From: Octopus bimaculoides
Taxonomy: Eukaryota
Length of the DNA: 64,000 bases
Reading direction: 5' to 3'
NCBI RefSeq assembly: GCF_001194135.2
Contig: NC_068983.1
Location: 38,453,202-38,517,201, forward strand
Below are positions 26,078-38,184 of this stretch, one piece after another (positions within the stretch are counted from its first letter, which is position 1; each line of letters starts with the position of its first letter). The notes beneath the pieces were generated by a model, which was not told the origin of the DNA, did no database searches, and saw only the letters and a list, made by a program, of their open reading frames with translations. A program made the position numbers and the translations under genes.

Positions 26078-26945
26078 TAAGATGGGAGCTGGCAGAATCG
26101 TAAGCACGCATTTCATCCTTTCGGGGTCGATAAAATAAATACCAGTTAAGCACTGGGGCCGATTTAATCGACTTACCCCTTCCCCTGAAATTACCGGCCT
26201 TGTGCCAAAATCTGGAATAAGGTAAGAGCTGCAGACTCATTAGCACACCGGGCAAAAGCTTACAGGCATTTCACCTGTCTTTATGTTCTGAGTTCGAATT
26301 CGTTGAGGTCGACTTTGCCTTTCCTCTTTTCGAGGTCTATAAAATAAATAGCAGCTGAGCATTGGAGTCGATGTAATCGACTTAACCCCTCCTCCGAAAT
26401 TGCTGGTCTCGACCAAAATTTGAAACCAAATTATACACGACTAAATACGGTAAGTTATTTATTAGATTAAGCATTAAAGAGTTAACTTGAAATAATTACA
26501 CCAGCCTCGTACCTCTGCAACTCAATCACCCCCCCCCCACTTGCTACGATAACCCTTCCTACTATAAGCCAAGAGCCTGAAAATTTAAGGGAGGGGGCCA
26601 GTGTTTAATTGGCACTTATTTCATGGAATTATCCGAAATGATGTAAGGCAAAGTCGAGCTCGGTGGAATTTGAACTCTGAACGTAAAGAGCCGGAAAGAG
26701 TACTGCAAAGCATTTTGTCCTTTCTAATCTAGGCAAAAGGCCCGAAATTTCTGAGGAGGAAGGGGTGGGCAGTCGATTAGATCGACCCCAGTACGTAACT
26801 GGTACTTAATTTATCGACCCCGAAAAGATGAAAGGCAAAGTCGACCTCGGCGGAATTTGAACTCAGAACGTAGCGGCAGACGAAATGCCGCTAAGCATTT
26901 CGCCCGGCGTGCTAACGTTTCTGCCAGCTCGCCGCCTTCCTCAGA
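26078..26945. mobile_element. Cluster of SINE family A copies in both orientations
   Basis: Plus-strand copies at about 26078-26415 and minus-strand copies at about 26555-26945. Confidence 0.8.
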
Positions 26946-27044
26946 GCTGGTTTGTCTTCGTACCTCGAAGACTTAGGCGCCCCCACTCACACGTCTCTCT
27001 ACTTATCGTCACCCTTGGTGTTTCTTACCCCTTTGTCTTCTCCT

Positions 27045-27332
27045 TATTTTTCCTAATTTGGCTCCGACTATCACCTGTTCCACAACACGAGAAACACTTG
27101 GCTGGGAGGGAACCAGTATCGCAGTGACAATGACGTCATATCTATTGTTAATGACATTTTGTGACCAACAAAATGAGAGCTTCTTTACCAATGGGATCCA
27201 AGTACTTCAACATCGATGGAAGAAGTGTGTGGACTGCAAGGCGGACTAAGCTGAAAAATAAACCTCACTTGGTCACATTCTATGAGAGTATTCTTGGTGC
27301 AGCCTACGAACTTTTCAGCTGGACCCTTGTAA
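27045..27332 (+). mobile_element. mariner transposase 3' fragment with right TIR
   Basis: PNLAP.DYHLF...YRSDNDVISIVND...QQNESFFTNGIQVLQHRWKKCVDCKAD across frameshifts, ending cagcctacgaacttttcagctggacccttgta. Confidence 0.85.
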
Positions 27333-27375
27333 TCACACAGCTATGACTATGTCCATATAATTACTTATTGACATA

Positions 27376-27990
27376 AGGCAGCGAGCTGGCAGAATCATTA
27401 GCACGCCGGTCGAAATGCTTAGTGGTATTTCGTTTGCTGCTACGTTCTGAGTTCAAATTCCGCCGTGGTCGACTTTGCCTTTCATCCTTTCGGGGTCGAT
27501 AAATTAAGTACCAGTTACGCACTGGGGTCGATGTAATCGATTTAATCCGTTCGTCTGTCCTTTTTTGTCCTCTCTATGTTTAGCCCCTTGTGAGCAATGA
27601 AGAAATAAGAAACGTTATCACGCCGGGCGAAATGCTAAGCGGTATTTCGTCTGTTTTTACGTTCTGGGTTCAAATGCCACCGTGGTCAACTTTGCCTTTC
27701 ATCATTTTGGGGTCGATAAATTAAGTACCAGTTGCGTACCTCCCTCCAAATTTCAGGCCTTGTGCCTAGAGAAGAAAAAACTATATTAAGGTGGCGAGCT
27801 GGCAGAAACGTTAGCACGCCGGGCGAAATGCTTAGCGGTATTTTGTCTGCCGTTACGTTCTGAGTTCAGATTCCGCCGAGGTCGACTTTGCCTTTCATCC
27901 TTTCGAGGTCGATAAATTAAGTACCAGTGAAACACAGGAATTGATATAAACAACTAACCCCTCACCTTGTGCCTATAGTAGGAAGGATAA
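27376..27990 (+). mobile_element. Dimeric SINE family A (27376-27780) followed by a monomer (27790-27990)
   Basis: Same junction as the 18296-18715 dimer. Confidence 0.87.
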
Positions 27991-28554
27991 TTACTTATTG
28001 ACGTAAACCGGGGCAGAAGAGAATTCAAGAATCCAACGACCCTATTTATTCCGAAGCAAACGTGAAGACGTAATGAATGGGCTGTGTTTGATTATAGGGG
28101 GTGGAGCGTCAGTCACGAGGATGGGCATTATTAAATTCATACAATGTATATATTATATGTATATGCAAATGATGTACCGAATATTTTGTTTTAAAGTATT
28201 GATCATACTACTATAAGAAATATTCAATGTTATAATGGCGGACCAAATATAATTGATTCGCAAACTCCAAGCAACAGGTTCAATCTGTTAGAGGCACTGT
28301 CAGATGATGATGATGATGACGATGATGGTGGTAACGATGATGATGGTGATGATGATGATGATGATCGTTGTTGTTATTGTCGTTGTTGTTCTTGTTGCAT
28401 TAGCTCTTCCGCCCCCCGCCCCCCGCCACCCCAGGCCAATCCTGATCAAACAACAGACTATGGTCGCAGGCGTTCCAATATTGTCTGAGAATTTCTAATA
28501 GCATGATCGATATTTTAGAACAAAATAATATTGTGTATATCATTTATATATATA

Positions 28555-28600
28555 CTAGCAGAGGCACCCGGCGTTGCTCGGGAATGAAATTGTTGCTTAT
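28555..28600 (+). mobile_element. Possible Helitron-like terminus
   Basis: tactagcagaggcacccggcgttgctcggg after (TA)n resembles remembered non-autonomous Helitron ends; the other end was not seen. Confidence 0.3.
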
Positions 28601-29816
28601 ATACTTGAAGAAAAAAAGGCAAAATATGCTGTATAGAAATTTGAGGACATTCTGTAGATGGACTCTCAGATGAATGATGGCTGGCGCCTCTCATGAATGG
28701 GGAAAATTGAAGATGTGCCAAAAAGCCTCATTGGTACTTGGAAACTTTTACGAAAATTAAAATGGGGATTAAATGAAAAAAATGATTTACTTGAATNNNN
28801 NNNNNNNNNNNNNNNNNNNNNNNNNNNNNNNNNNNNNNNNNNNNNNNNNNNNNNNNNNNNNNNNNNNNNNNNNNNNNNNNNNNNNNNNNNNNNNNNNNNN
28901 NNNNNNNNNNNNNNNNNNNNNNNNNNNNNNNNNNNNNNNNNNNNNNNNNNNNNNNNNNNNNNNNNNNNNNNNNNNNNNNNNNNNNNNNNNNNNNNNNNNN
29001 NNNNNNNNNNNNNNNNNNNNNNNNNNNNNNNNNNNNNNNNNNNNNNNNNNNNNNNNNNNNNNNNNNNNNNNNNNNNNNNNNNNNNNNNNNNNNNNNNNNN
29101 NNNNNNNNNNNNNNNNNNNNNNNNNNNNNNNNNNNNNNNNNNNNNNNNNNNNNNNNNNNNNNNNNNNNNNNNNNNNNNNNNNNNNNNNNNNNNNNNNNNN
29201 NNNNNNNNNNNNNNNNNNNNNNNNNNNNNNNNNNNNNNNNNNNNNNNNNNNNNNNNNNNNNNNNNNNNNNNNNNNNNNNNNNNNNNNNNNNNNNNNNNNN
29301 NNNNNNNNNNNNNNNNNNNNNNNNNNNNNNNNNNNNNNNNNNNNNNNNNNNNNNNNNNNNNNNNNNNNNNNNNNNNNNNNNNNNNNNNNNNNNNNNNNNN
29401 NNNNNNNNNNNNNNNNNNNNNNNNNNNNNNNNNNNNNNNNNNNNNNNNNNNNNNNNNNNNNNNNNNNNNNNNNNNNNNNNNNNNNNNNNNNNNNNNNNNN
29501 NNNNNNNNNNNNNNNNNNNNNNNNNNNNNNNNNNNNNNNNNNNNNNNNNNNNNNNNNNNNNNNNNNNNNNNNNNNNNNNNNNNNNNNNNNNNNNNNNNNN
29601 NNNNNNNNNNNNNNNNNNNNNNNNNNNNNNNNNNNNNNNNNNNNNNNNNNNNNNNNNNNNNNNNNNNNNNNNNNNNNNNNNNNNNNNNNNNTATATATAT
29701 ATATATATATATTACATACGCATAGATAAATAGTCTGTGTGTGTGTGTGTCAGTGCGCGCGCGGGTACGTGCGTAAATACATTTATGTCGACATACGGAC
29801 ACGAATACTTACATTC

Positions 29817-29852
<36 letters not shown>

Positions 29853-30974
29853 TTGTATATATGTATTAAATATATATATATATTATATTATCTAGATAGA
29901 TAGATAGATATACAAGTACATGCAGACACACACAAATACATACATGCACATATGTATACATATATGTATATATTTAAATGTAAAAAGAAAAACATTTATA
30001 TAGAGAAAAACACACACACATCCATTTAAGCATTCATACACACATACATACGTAAATATATACATACACCCCTACATACATGAATATATACATACATATA
30101 TACACATATACACACATACGTTCATACACGCATATATAAACATACATTCATACGCACATATATACACACACACATACACACATACCCATACACATACGAA
30201 AGGGCAACAAGAGAAACAATTAATTTCACAAAAATCGATATGAAAAACAGACTGTTTTTAGACTTCTACAGAATCGATGTTTTCTTTGCCTCTAACAACG
30301 CTCACAGTTGCCTTCTAAAAGCCACACAACCAAAATATCTCTTCAAGCCATCACGGCTTATCTTATTCATTATCTAAACAATGAACTGCCGTCTTAGGTC
30401 CTTTCTCAAACGTCCCCGCTATCGTCGCAAGCACCTACTACATCGTTAATACTCCATAAACCAGTAAATCTTAGATAATGCATCAAGGCCTAATTGATTG
30501 GAGATTAGAAAAGAGAAAATTTAACATCAATATTGAAGCTGTTTAGGACAACAGGGCTGGGTTGGGTCGATCTTTAATCGGTTGATGTTGCTGGCGCCTT
30601 TTACGCTTGTTGCAAGCATGGCGCAACAACTACGAACCCCAATCGAATCGTTTCAGTGCCGCCTGTGCTTTAAGGGTAGATGAGGTGTGAATTCCAATGG
30701 ATAAGGTCTTCTAGTGAACAAAAGTAACCCTACGCATAAAAGGGTTACTAATTTAAACCCACGACTAGCAATTTTGACAGGAGGGGGAGTAATCGATTCC
30801 ATTGGCCCCTGTATTTAGACTGATGCTTTACTTTGTCGACCTTCAAAGGATGAAAAGCAAAGGACCACGGCGGGAATTGAACTCAGAACGTAAAGAGTCA
30901 GAAAAAAACATATCACGAAACATTTTCCCGACGCGCTAACAACTATTCTTCCAGCTTGCAGTACTCGAAACATA

Positions 30975-31125
30975 TTTTGTTGTATCTGGGGAGAGCCATT
31001 CTCTTTTAGTGCCTTATAATTTAACACACTGACCGGTAAAGTTTCCACTCATTTACTTATATATTTTTACCGGTGAGTGTGTTAAATAATAAGGCACTAA
31101 AATAGAATGACTCTCCTCAGACACA
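30975..31125. repeat. Hairpin copy of the 22105 inverted-repeat family
   Basis: ggggagagccattctcttttagtgccttataatttaacacactgaccggtaaa ... tttaccggtgagtgtgttaaataataaggcactaaaatagaatgactctcctcag, followed by (TA)n. Confidence 0.8.
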
Positions 31126-31126
31126 G

Positions 31127-31160
<34 letters not shown>

Positions 31161-32484
31161 CAAATTAAACGATGAATTAATCTCCTGCAAAGATAATTGG
31201 ATTGGGACTACTTAATAACAGAACGGTGTAGGATTAGATGATGTTGGTGATTTGATTGCAGATTCGATTGTTAATTTTGATCGGTGGTTTGGTTACTGTG
31301 TTGAGAATTTGAATCTTTTAGAAACCGGATCGGGCTGAATTAGAGTGCTAAATATTAAGTTCACATTATGTAAAAAAAAAATCACCACTATGAGCACAGC
31401 CTGTTATTGCAATAAGCTCCTACCTTTACAAGCCTTCCCAATAGCCTATATGCAATCATCTGCAAACGCCCAGACACATTCAAAGCACTCACTGAAAAAC
31501 ACTACAACACCATTCCAAGAATTCTATTTCTCGCACTCTGTTCCCACTAACATAAAAATTCATACAGGCACTAAAATAACTTCTGTTAGTCGATGAGCTA
31601 AAGAGGAACTGTGTGCACGGTTACCGTTCCCGTTGGAAATAAACGCTAAATTTCCCTCTAATAACAACCTACTTCTTAAAAAAGGATGTGTTGATTAGTG
31701 TGGCCATGAATTCATTGTGCTCAGCCATGGATCCATTGTGTTCACGATAAAGAGGTAATGGTCATAGCACTAAGGGATTTTTTTTTTACGTGGCTTGGTA
31801 GGAAAAGGAAATGTCAGCACTCATGAGCCATCTCTGGGCCTCCAAAACTGACAGGAGGGAGAAAAAGGAGACCTGGTCCAAATGCTGGGAACAGAGTGAT
31901 CTTCGCTAAAAGCACTCAAGGACATATAGAGCGGGAGTGGAAACGGAATAAGGCGAAGGTTTACATCTATCGTTCAAGGAAAGGAACGGTTTCCACGCAG
32001 TTTCCATCAACCAAATTCCGCTCTTTGGTTGACTCGATACGACGCTTGAAGACACTCAACTAGAGAGTAACATAATGGGATAGGACCCCCCACCAAATCT
32101 ACATAACTATGAAGCAGACGTATTAAGCACTCAGCCATGCAAACACATTGGCCTGCTCAATGAAGATTGATTTGAAATAAAGACAAAACAGCAACAACTA
32201 AATTATATGTGTGTGCCTACACGCGTGTTGAAGAAAACAAACTAAGGGAAATAACTCGAAGTAGCCAGTGCCATGTATTTGAACAACAATGATAGATAAT
32301 GGTATATTAAATACCATACAAGATATATTCTTCGTGTATTGAAATTATCTTAGATCCAAGTGATGGAAGAACAATCACCTGACGGCAGTGTGGACCAATT
32401 CTAAACGAGAAGTGAAATAACCTCAAGAATCAAGTATTCTCCAAAACTGAAATGCCATTAAGGAAATTGTTTGTAGACAAGAGG

Positions 32485-32535
32485 ACAGCTGTGGATACGT
32501 GTTTCTGTTTCAACAGGTGTCATCAGTACAGTTGT
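32485..32535 (-). ncRNA. Decayed type-I hammerhead skeleton
   Basis: ACAACTGTA-CTGATGA-CACCTGTTGAAACA-GAAAC-ACGT-ATC-CACAGCTGT; stem I 7/9 pairs, stem II collapsed. Confidence 0.5.
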
Positions 32536-32890
32536 TGCCCTGCCTTGTCTCCAGCAGAACGAGATACTTAAAGATATACAAAAAGTAGTAGAACACAGTT
32601 AAACCTAGATAACGAAACATTATGTAAAAGGAAAATAACTCAGAGTGAACTGTATCATATATTTCAACACGAAATGTATATAAGAATATATTAAATACTA
32701 TACGAGATAAATTTATTGATTTATTAAAATTATTTCCGCTTCCAGGGATGATATAACAATCGCTCGGTGGCAACTGAAACCAACACAAATGAGGGTGAAA
32801 GATAGCCTCAAGAACCAAGAATTCCACAAATTTGACATGCTACACAGAGCTAATATATTCTCTCACAGTCAAGTCATTCAAGGGTCTAGT

Positions 32891-32935
32891 AGTTACGCTG
32901 ATGAAGTCTAATAAGACCAAAACATGTCCGGAACT
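32891..32935 (+). ncRNA. Decayed type-I hammerhead skeleton
   Basis: AGTTACG-CTGATGA-AGTC-TAATAA-GACC-AAAAC-ATGTC-CGGAACT; stem I 6/7 pairs, GAAAC reads AAAAC (CG to CA change). Confidence 0.6.
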
Positions 32936-33429
32936 ATCATCATAATTTCCAAAGATCAGACTCACTCTTCACTGTATGTTCCCATTTAATTTTTAATGAA
33001 TTTATATTTCCAATTGTCTTCCTTGCTTTTCTTCACAATAATTTTCATTAACTTAAATGATATTTTTCTTCTCATTGCATGTGTAAATTCAATTGATTAA
33101 AAACTTTCGACTAACACACAGACACATACATACATACATACATATATACATACATATATATATATATATACACACACATGTAAATACACATGGGTGTGTA
33201 TACACACACACATATATATGCGCGTGCATATTATAATAAATATAAATGTATGTATGCAAGTATGTATGCATGTATGCATGTCCGTATATACGTATGTGTA
33301 AAGCTATCTATAAATAGTTATAGGGTGCGAGAGAGAAAGAGAGAGACGAGAAGAGATATATAGATAACTACATGAATAAAAACTATGACTATTCAGTTGT
33401 CAAACGAATGTGTTCTCTTCATACACGGA

Positions 33430-33930
33430 ATCACTATAAAGAAAAAAACACTGCATATACACCAAAGGCAACAAATGACCAACTTAAAAATATAATACGG
33501 TGTGACCCACAGTAATAACATCGCCAGTGTAGCGAGAAACTTCCACTCTCTGATCAAAAACGATTTTCTCAGCTCCTGCAAGTTTCCCAAACTTTTTGAC
33601 AAAAACTGTATAAAAGTGAGCCATAGTTGCTTTCAGAATATGTCTAGCGTTACTAAAAGCTATAACGCAAAATATTTTACCTATACAATTGCTGAATTAT
33701 CGATCTCTTTCCTTTGAAAATGAAATGCTTGGAGGCTTACTTCACAAAATCGTACTGACGTCATCAAGAAGACACACAGACAAATTATATAAGATTCATA
33801 GTGCATTCATTCAAAATTACCTGAACCAACACTGCCATTTGGAAAACAATACACTTCTCTCAAAGTGTATTTGGAAATATACAAATAAATGAGACGCTGA
33901 TTTTAACAAAGGTGCAGGGCTACATACTTT
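33430..33930 (+). mobile_element. Penelope-like element, linker and GIY-YIG endonuclease fragment
   Basis: FHSLIKNDFLSSCKFPKLFDKNCIKVSHSCFQNMSSVTKSYNAK and ENNTLLSKCIWK resemble the remembered consensus FL.LID.HF...KLHKIFNRNTVKVSYSCM.N and NSTELSKYIW. Confidence 0.8.
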
Positions 33931-34497
33931 AAGAAGAACTTGATCGGCCTTGCTACTTCAGTGGTTATTTATTTAATCGACACCCTTCAAAAGGTATAAA
34001 AAATAAAACTAACTATAGAGGGATTTGAACTTAGAATATAGAACAGCAAAGCATTTTGTCCAGTGCTATTAACAATTTTGCTATCACTGTCCCAACTATT
34101 TCTGAAAGAGCATCAACGTTTAGAATCAGGTCAAGGCACTGCGTTAGGTTTCCTGTTTTACAGAATAAACAAAAAAAAAAAAACAAAAAAAAACTTTACA
34201 TTATCCAGTTCTAAACAACATAAAAATGAATTAATTACATTCTGCTGCCATATGCCTAAACTGCACATAAATTTCAAGAAGTGTTGTCTGATATATGTGC
34301 TATGATGAACAGCACTTGACGTCATGTACCATGTCACCAGTTAATGGCATCTGGTATTTTTCATAACTTTCAAACGTTATCTGCTATTTTTCTAATTTAA
34401 TGCTGAGTACAGTTGACCAACTATTCATTATAGGTTCACAATCTTAGTTACCAAATATACATACAACAAACACATTCTCTACACTACTAATATATAT

Positions 34498-34543
<46 letters not shown>

Positions 34544-34789
34544 GCAAGATCCAGGGATCGAGATGTAGGAAGAAAGTTAGCTTTAAGCAATCCGTAGTAA
34601 ATACAAAAAACAACTTTCAGGGAGAATAGTGGTTTATTGAGATGGAAGGTTGCGGATCTTTTAAATTTTTATTGAAGAATAATGAGCTGAAAAAAAGTTC
34701 TTTTTATAATCCTCAGTAGGTAGCCAGGGTTGCTGAGTGTGCGAAAAAAAATATTAGAGATACGGAATAGGAGCAGAGCGGAGCGGAAA

Positions 34790-35090
34790 CCCCTTTTGGT
34801 CACGAATGACCATGGGATTGCATCTAGAAAGTTACCTTCCAAGGCACACAAGTCCGGGCAAGGATGTTTATGGAAGACCAGCAGTCACCCATGCATACCG
34901 GTCTCCCCTCTCCACACCACTGATGTTATCCAAGGGAAAGGCAAAGACCGATACAGCTTGGTATCAGTGACGTCGCAACTCATTTCTACAGCTGAGTGAA
35001 CTGGAGCAACATGAAATAAAGTGTCTTGCTCAAGAACACAACACGCAGCCCGGTCCGGGTTTCGAACTCACCGGGCTACATACGTTTCAT
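34790..35090 (-). mobile_element. CORE-type SINE family F
   Basis: Reverse complement gtgttcttgagcaagacactttatttcatgttgctccagttcactcagctgtagaaatgag; other copies at about 24780-24870, 37000-37130, 40030-40460 and 58720-58850. Confidence 0.8.
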
Positions 35091-35112
35091 AGCGCGTGCA
35101 ACCTCAAAAGTG

Positions 35113-35366
35113 GTAAAAACCCAAGCGAGGTGTATATCACTAAGTACTCTTCAGGCCAAGGATATCTTGATTAGGTTAAAGGTTATATTATCACAAGGAG
35201 GTACATGTTGACGCAAAGAAGATTCAGTCAGAATGTGTCTACATTCTGATTGGATCCTCTTTGTGTCAAAATGTACCTCCTTGCAACAATGTAGCCTTTA
35301 ATCTAATCAAGATATTCTTGGCCTGAAGAGTAGCTGGCAGTATTATACAACTCGCTTGGATTTTAC
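35113..35366. mobile_element. Fully palindromic MITE-like element (about 254 bp)
   Basis: Imperfect arms of about 124 bp around the 4-nt loop gtct (35237-35240); a one-arm relative lies at about 55465-55520. Confidence 0.85.
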
Positions 35367-35781
35367 TTGTGAGGTTCCACTTACTATGATGTTGATGAGG
35401 ATAATGATGATGAGAATGATGATGATGAGGATGACGATGATGACGACGACGACGACGATGATGATGATGATAGATTGAATAACGTACTTTCTTGGTACAT
35501 TAAAACCGATTAAAAAGATTGAATGATCACAACTGAAATGACTTTGAGTATATTTCCATTCAAGCAGAGCTGACCTCAGGTTAAACAACAACAACATTAA
35601 AATATGCAAATTAAGGTTGAACCGATTTGGAGATAGTTGGGAACTCTGTTTTCATTGGAACTCTAATCAAAGGAACCAAACACAAATGCAGTCAGTCAAT
35701 ACATAAATGCATATATTGAACAATGTGGATGTGTACACACGCACACATACACACACACACACACTCACACACACGCGCGCG

Positions 35782-35821
<40 letters not shown>

Positions 35822-35910
35822 TGTACTCACGTTCACACAAAATGGATGCACATACAAAAACATATACACGCACAACAAACACACACTTCCTCTCTGACTT
35901 TCTGTCTCTC

Positions 35911-35986
<76 letters not shown>

Positions 35987-36164
35987 TCGCACATACACAT
36001 TCAGGCAAATGAAATATATTCATATGATTTACACATACTGATGTTCACATAATGTTGATGCACAATGTTCTTACAATAAGGACAGACACACATTCGTATA
36101 CTGAGTACACACACATTCATACAATACACACGCACACACACACACACACACACTCACACATACA

Positions 36165-36511
36165 CACAAACATGTATGCACACATGAGCACACTTTCTTA
36201 CCATGTGTACACACACACATACATACTAAGTGGGCACATGCATACATTCACAAATTGTGTATATACAACATCTCCTACAGTGTGCATACATGCATACACA
36301 TTCATTCATGTGTATGTGCCCCCCCACACACACACACATACACACAAATACATGTGTGCACACACAAGCACACTTTCTTATCATGGGTACACACACACAC
36401 ACACACACTCATACATACATACTATGTGGACACATACATACATTCAAAATTGCATATATACACTTCCTACAGTGTGCACACACGCATACACATTCATTCA
36501 TGTGTATGTGG

Positions 36512-36530
<19 letters not shown>
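36165..36530. repeat. About 185-bp tandem duplication of microsatellite-rich sequence
   Basis: Anchors gcacactttctta, cctacagtgtgca and cacattcattcatgtgtatgtg each occur twice in the same order. Confidence 0.85.
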
Positions 36531-36543
<13 letters not shown>

Positions 36544-37299
36544 TCTTATAATAATAACACACAGATCAATACAATGCAGGCACAAACACATTCATATAAT
36601 GCCAGCACATGCACACACATAATGTAAATATACTCACACAACCTTCTACAGTATATATATACACAGACACATACTTACACACATTCACACATTCATACAA
36701 ATATATACACTACAGTGAATACACATGTAATTCATAGAATGTAGACACCCTCATACACACACACACATGCACACAGCCACACACACACACACACACACAC
36801 ACATGTGCAGCCAACCATTTACATTGTGACATGTTAAATGGCTGTTTGTTATTTATTGATGTGTTACAGCCCAGCACAACCTTGACACATCTGTACACAG
36901 ACAAATGCTATTATAAACATTACAGAAATATATAATTCCCACACCAACAAACATTACAGTAATCTGTTATTTTAGATTAACACTGTGAAGGGGCATGGCC
37001 CAGTAGTTAATGGGGTTGGCCTGAAGGCAGTAAGGTTGTAGTTTCATTTCCTAATCCTGGCAGCATGGTGTGCAATGCAATTCATTTCATGTCACTATAG
37101 TCTAGTCAGCTAAGAACTTGTACTAATTGGGTGCTGGTGAAGTTCTTTTTCACTCTTCCCTCCTAGTTCTCCCATTTTCTTTCCCTCTCGCTCTCTCTCC
37201 AGTTGTCCTATTTTCTGTCTCCATTTGTCTTATCCTGGATATGTCGGTGTTTCAAGGATTGAAGAGCCAAGAAGGTGTCTATAGCAGTTCATGATTACA

Positions 37300-37690
37300 T
37301 AGATACTGGCTCTTGTGCCGGTGGCATGTAAAAAGTACCATTCGAGTATGGTCGTTGTCAGTGCCACCTAACTGGCTCCCGTGCCAGTGGCATGTAAAAA
37401 GTACCATTTGAGTATGGTCATTGCCAGTGGCTCTCATGCCAGTAAAAAGCACCATTCAAGGCATGGTTGAAGCCAGTACTGCCTGACTGGCCCTCGTGCT
37501 GGTGGCATGTAAAAAGCACCCACTATACCTTTGGAGTGGTTGGTGTTAGAAAGGGCATCCAGCTGTAGAAACCTTGCCAGATCAGATTAGAGCCTAGTAC
37601 ACCCTTCTGGCTTGCCAGTCCTTAGTCAAACTGTCTAACCCATGCCAGCATGGAAAGCGGATGTTAAATGGCAATGATGATAATGATGTA
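37300..37690 (+). mobile_element. RTE-type 3' tail element with internal tandem units and (GAT)n end
   Basis: gagtggttgg.gttagaaagggcatccagctgtagaaacc...ccatgccagcatggaaagcggatgttaaa; relatives at 39235-39610(-), 43745-43890, 44330-44408(-), 49358-49560, 49755-50735, 55312-55460(-), 60300-60700 and 60930-61125. Confidence 0.85.
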
Positions 37691-37699
37691 AAACAATTA

Positions 37700-38175
37700 G
37701 TGTAGGTATTGTCCATGTTACTAAGCTATACTTGCTAGAGAATGCTTTGTTTGTGAGGGTTATTACTACTGGTTGAGTGTCAAAACCTGCTGGAATTCTA
37801 CACACCTTTCCGTGATATTTCCAAGCAGGAAAATTTGCACTGTGAAGAACAGTTAGAATTTAAAAAAACGCTGTTTACTCTTCTTGCTGTGTTACATCAA
37901 TACTGTTTTGAATCCTGTTGCAGAAAACTTTTCCTTGTGGTGGGAGAAATGTACATCCTCCCATTTGTTTCAGTCTGCTAGGTTTTGGAATTATCACAAG
38001 GACCCATCTTCTCCAACCAGTCAGAGCTTACTGTTGCTGACAGCTGTTAAACAGAATTTTTTTAGCTATGTTATTGCTTCTGCTTAAAGAGATCAGCTGA
38101 AATTTGGTTCTTATCCAGCAGCTTTGTAGCTCTTTATTTTCCTTGATGTTTGTTTTATTTCTTCCTTGAAATGCA
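37700..38175 (-). mobile_element. RTE-clade reverse transcriptase, N-terminal domains (degenerate)
   Basis: Across frameshifts: EEIKQTSRKIKSYKAAG..QISADLFK...VLVIIPK...FLPPQGKVFCNRIQNSI...QEE. Confidence 0.75.
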
Positions 38176-38184
38176 TCAGTTCTT

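Noticed and set aside
37305-37520. Repeat-spacer look resembling CRISPR
   Set aside because: Eukaryotic context; the intervening segments are homologous to each other and belong to a retroelement tail; no cas genes.
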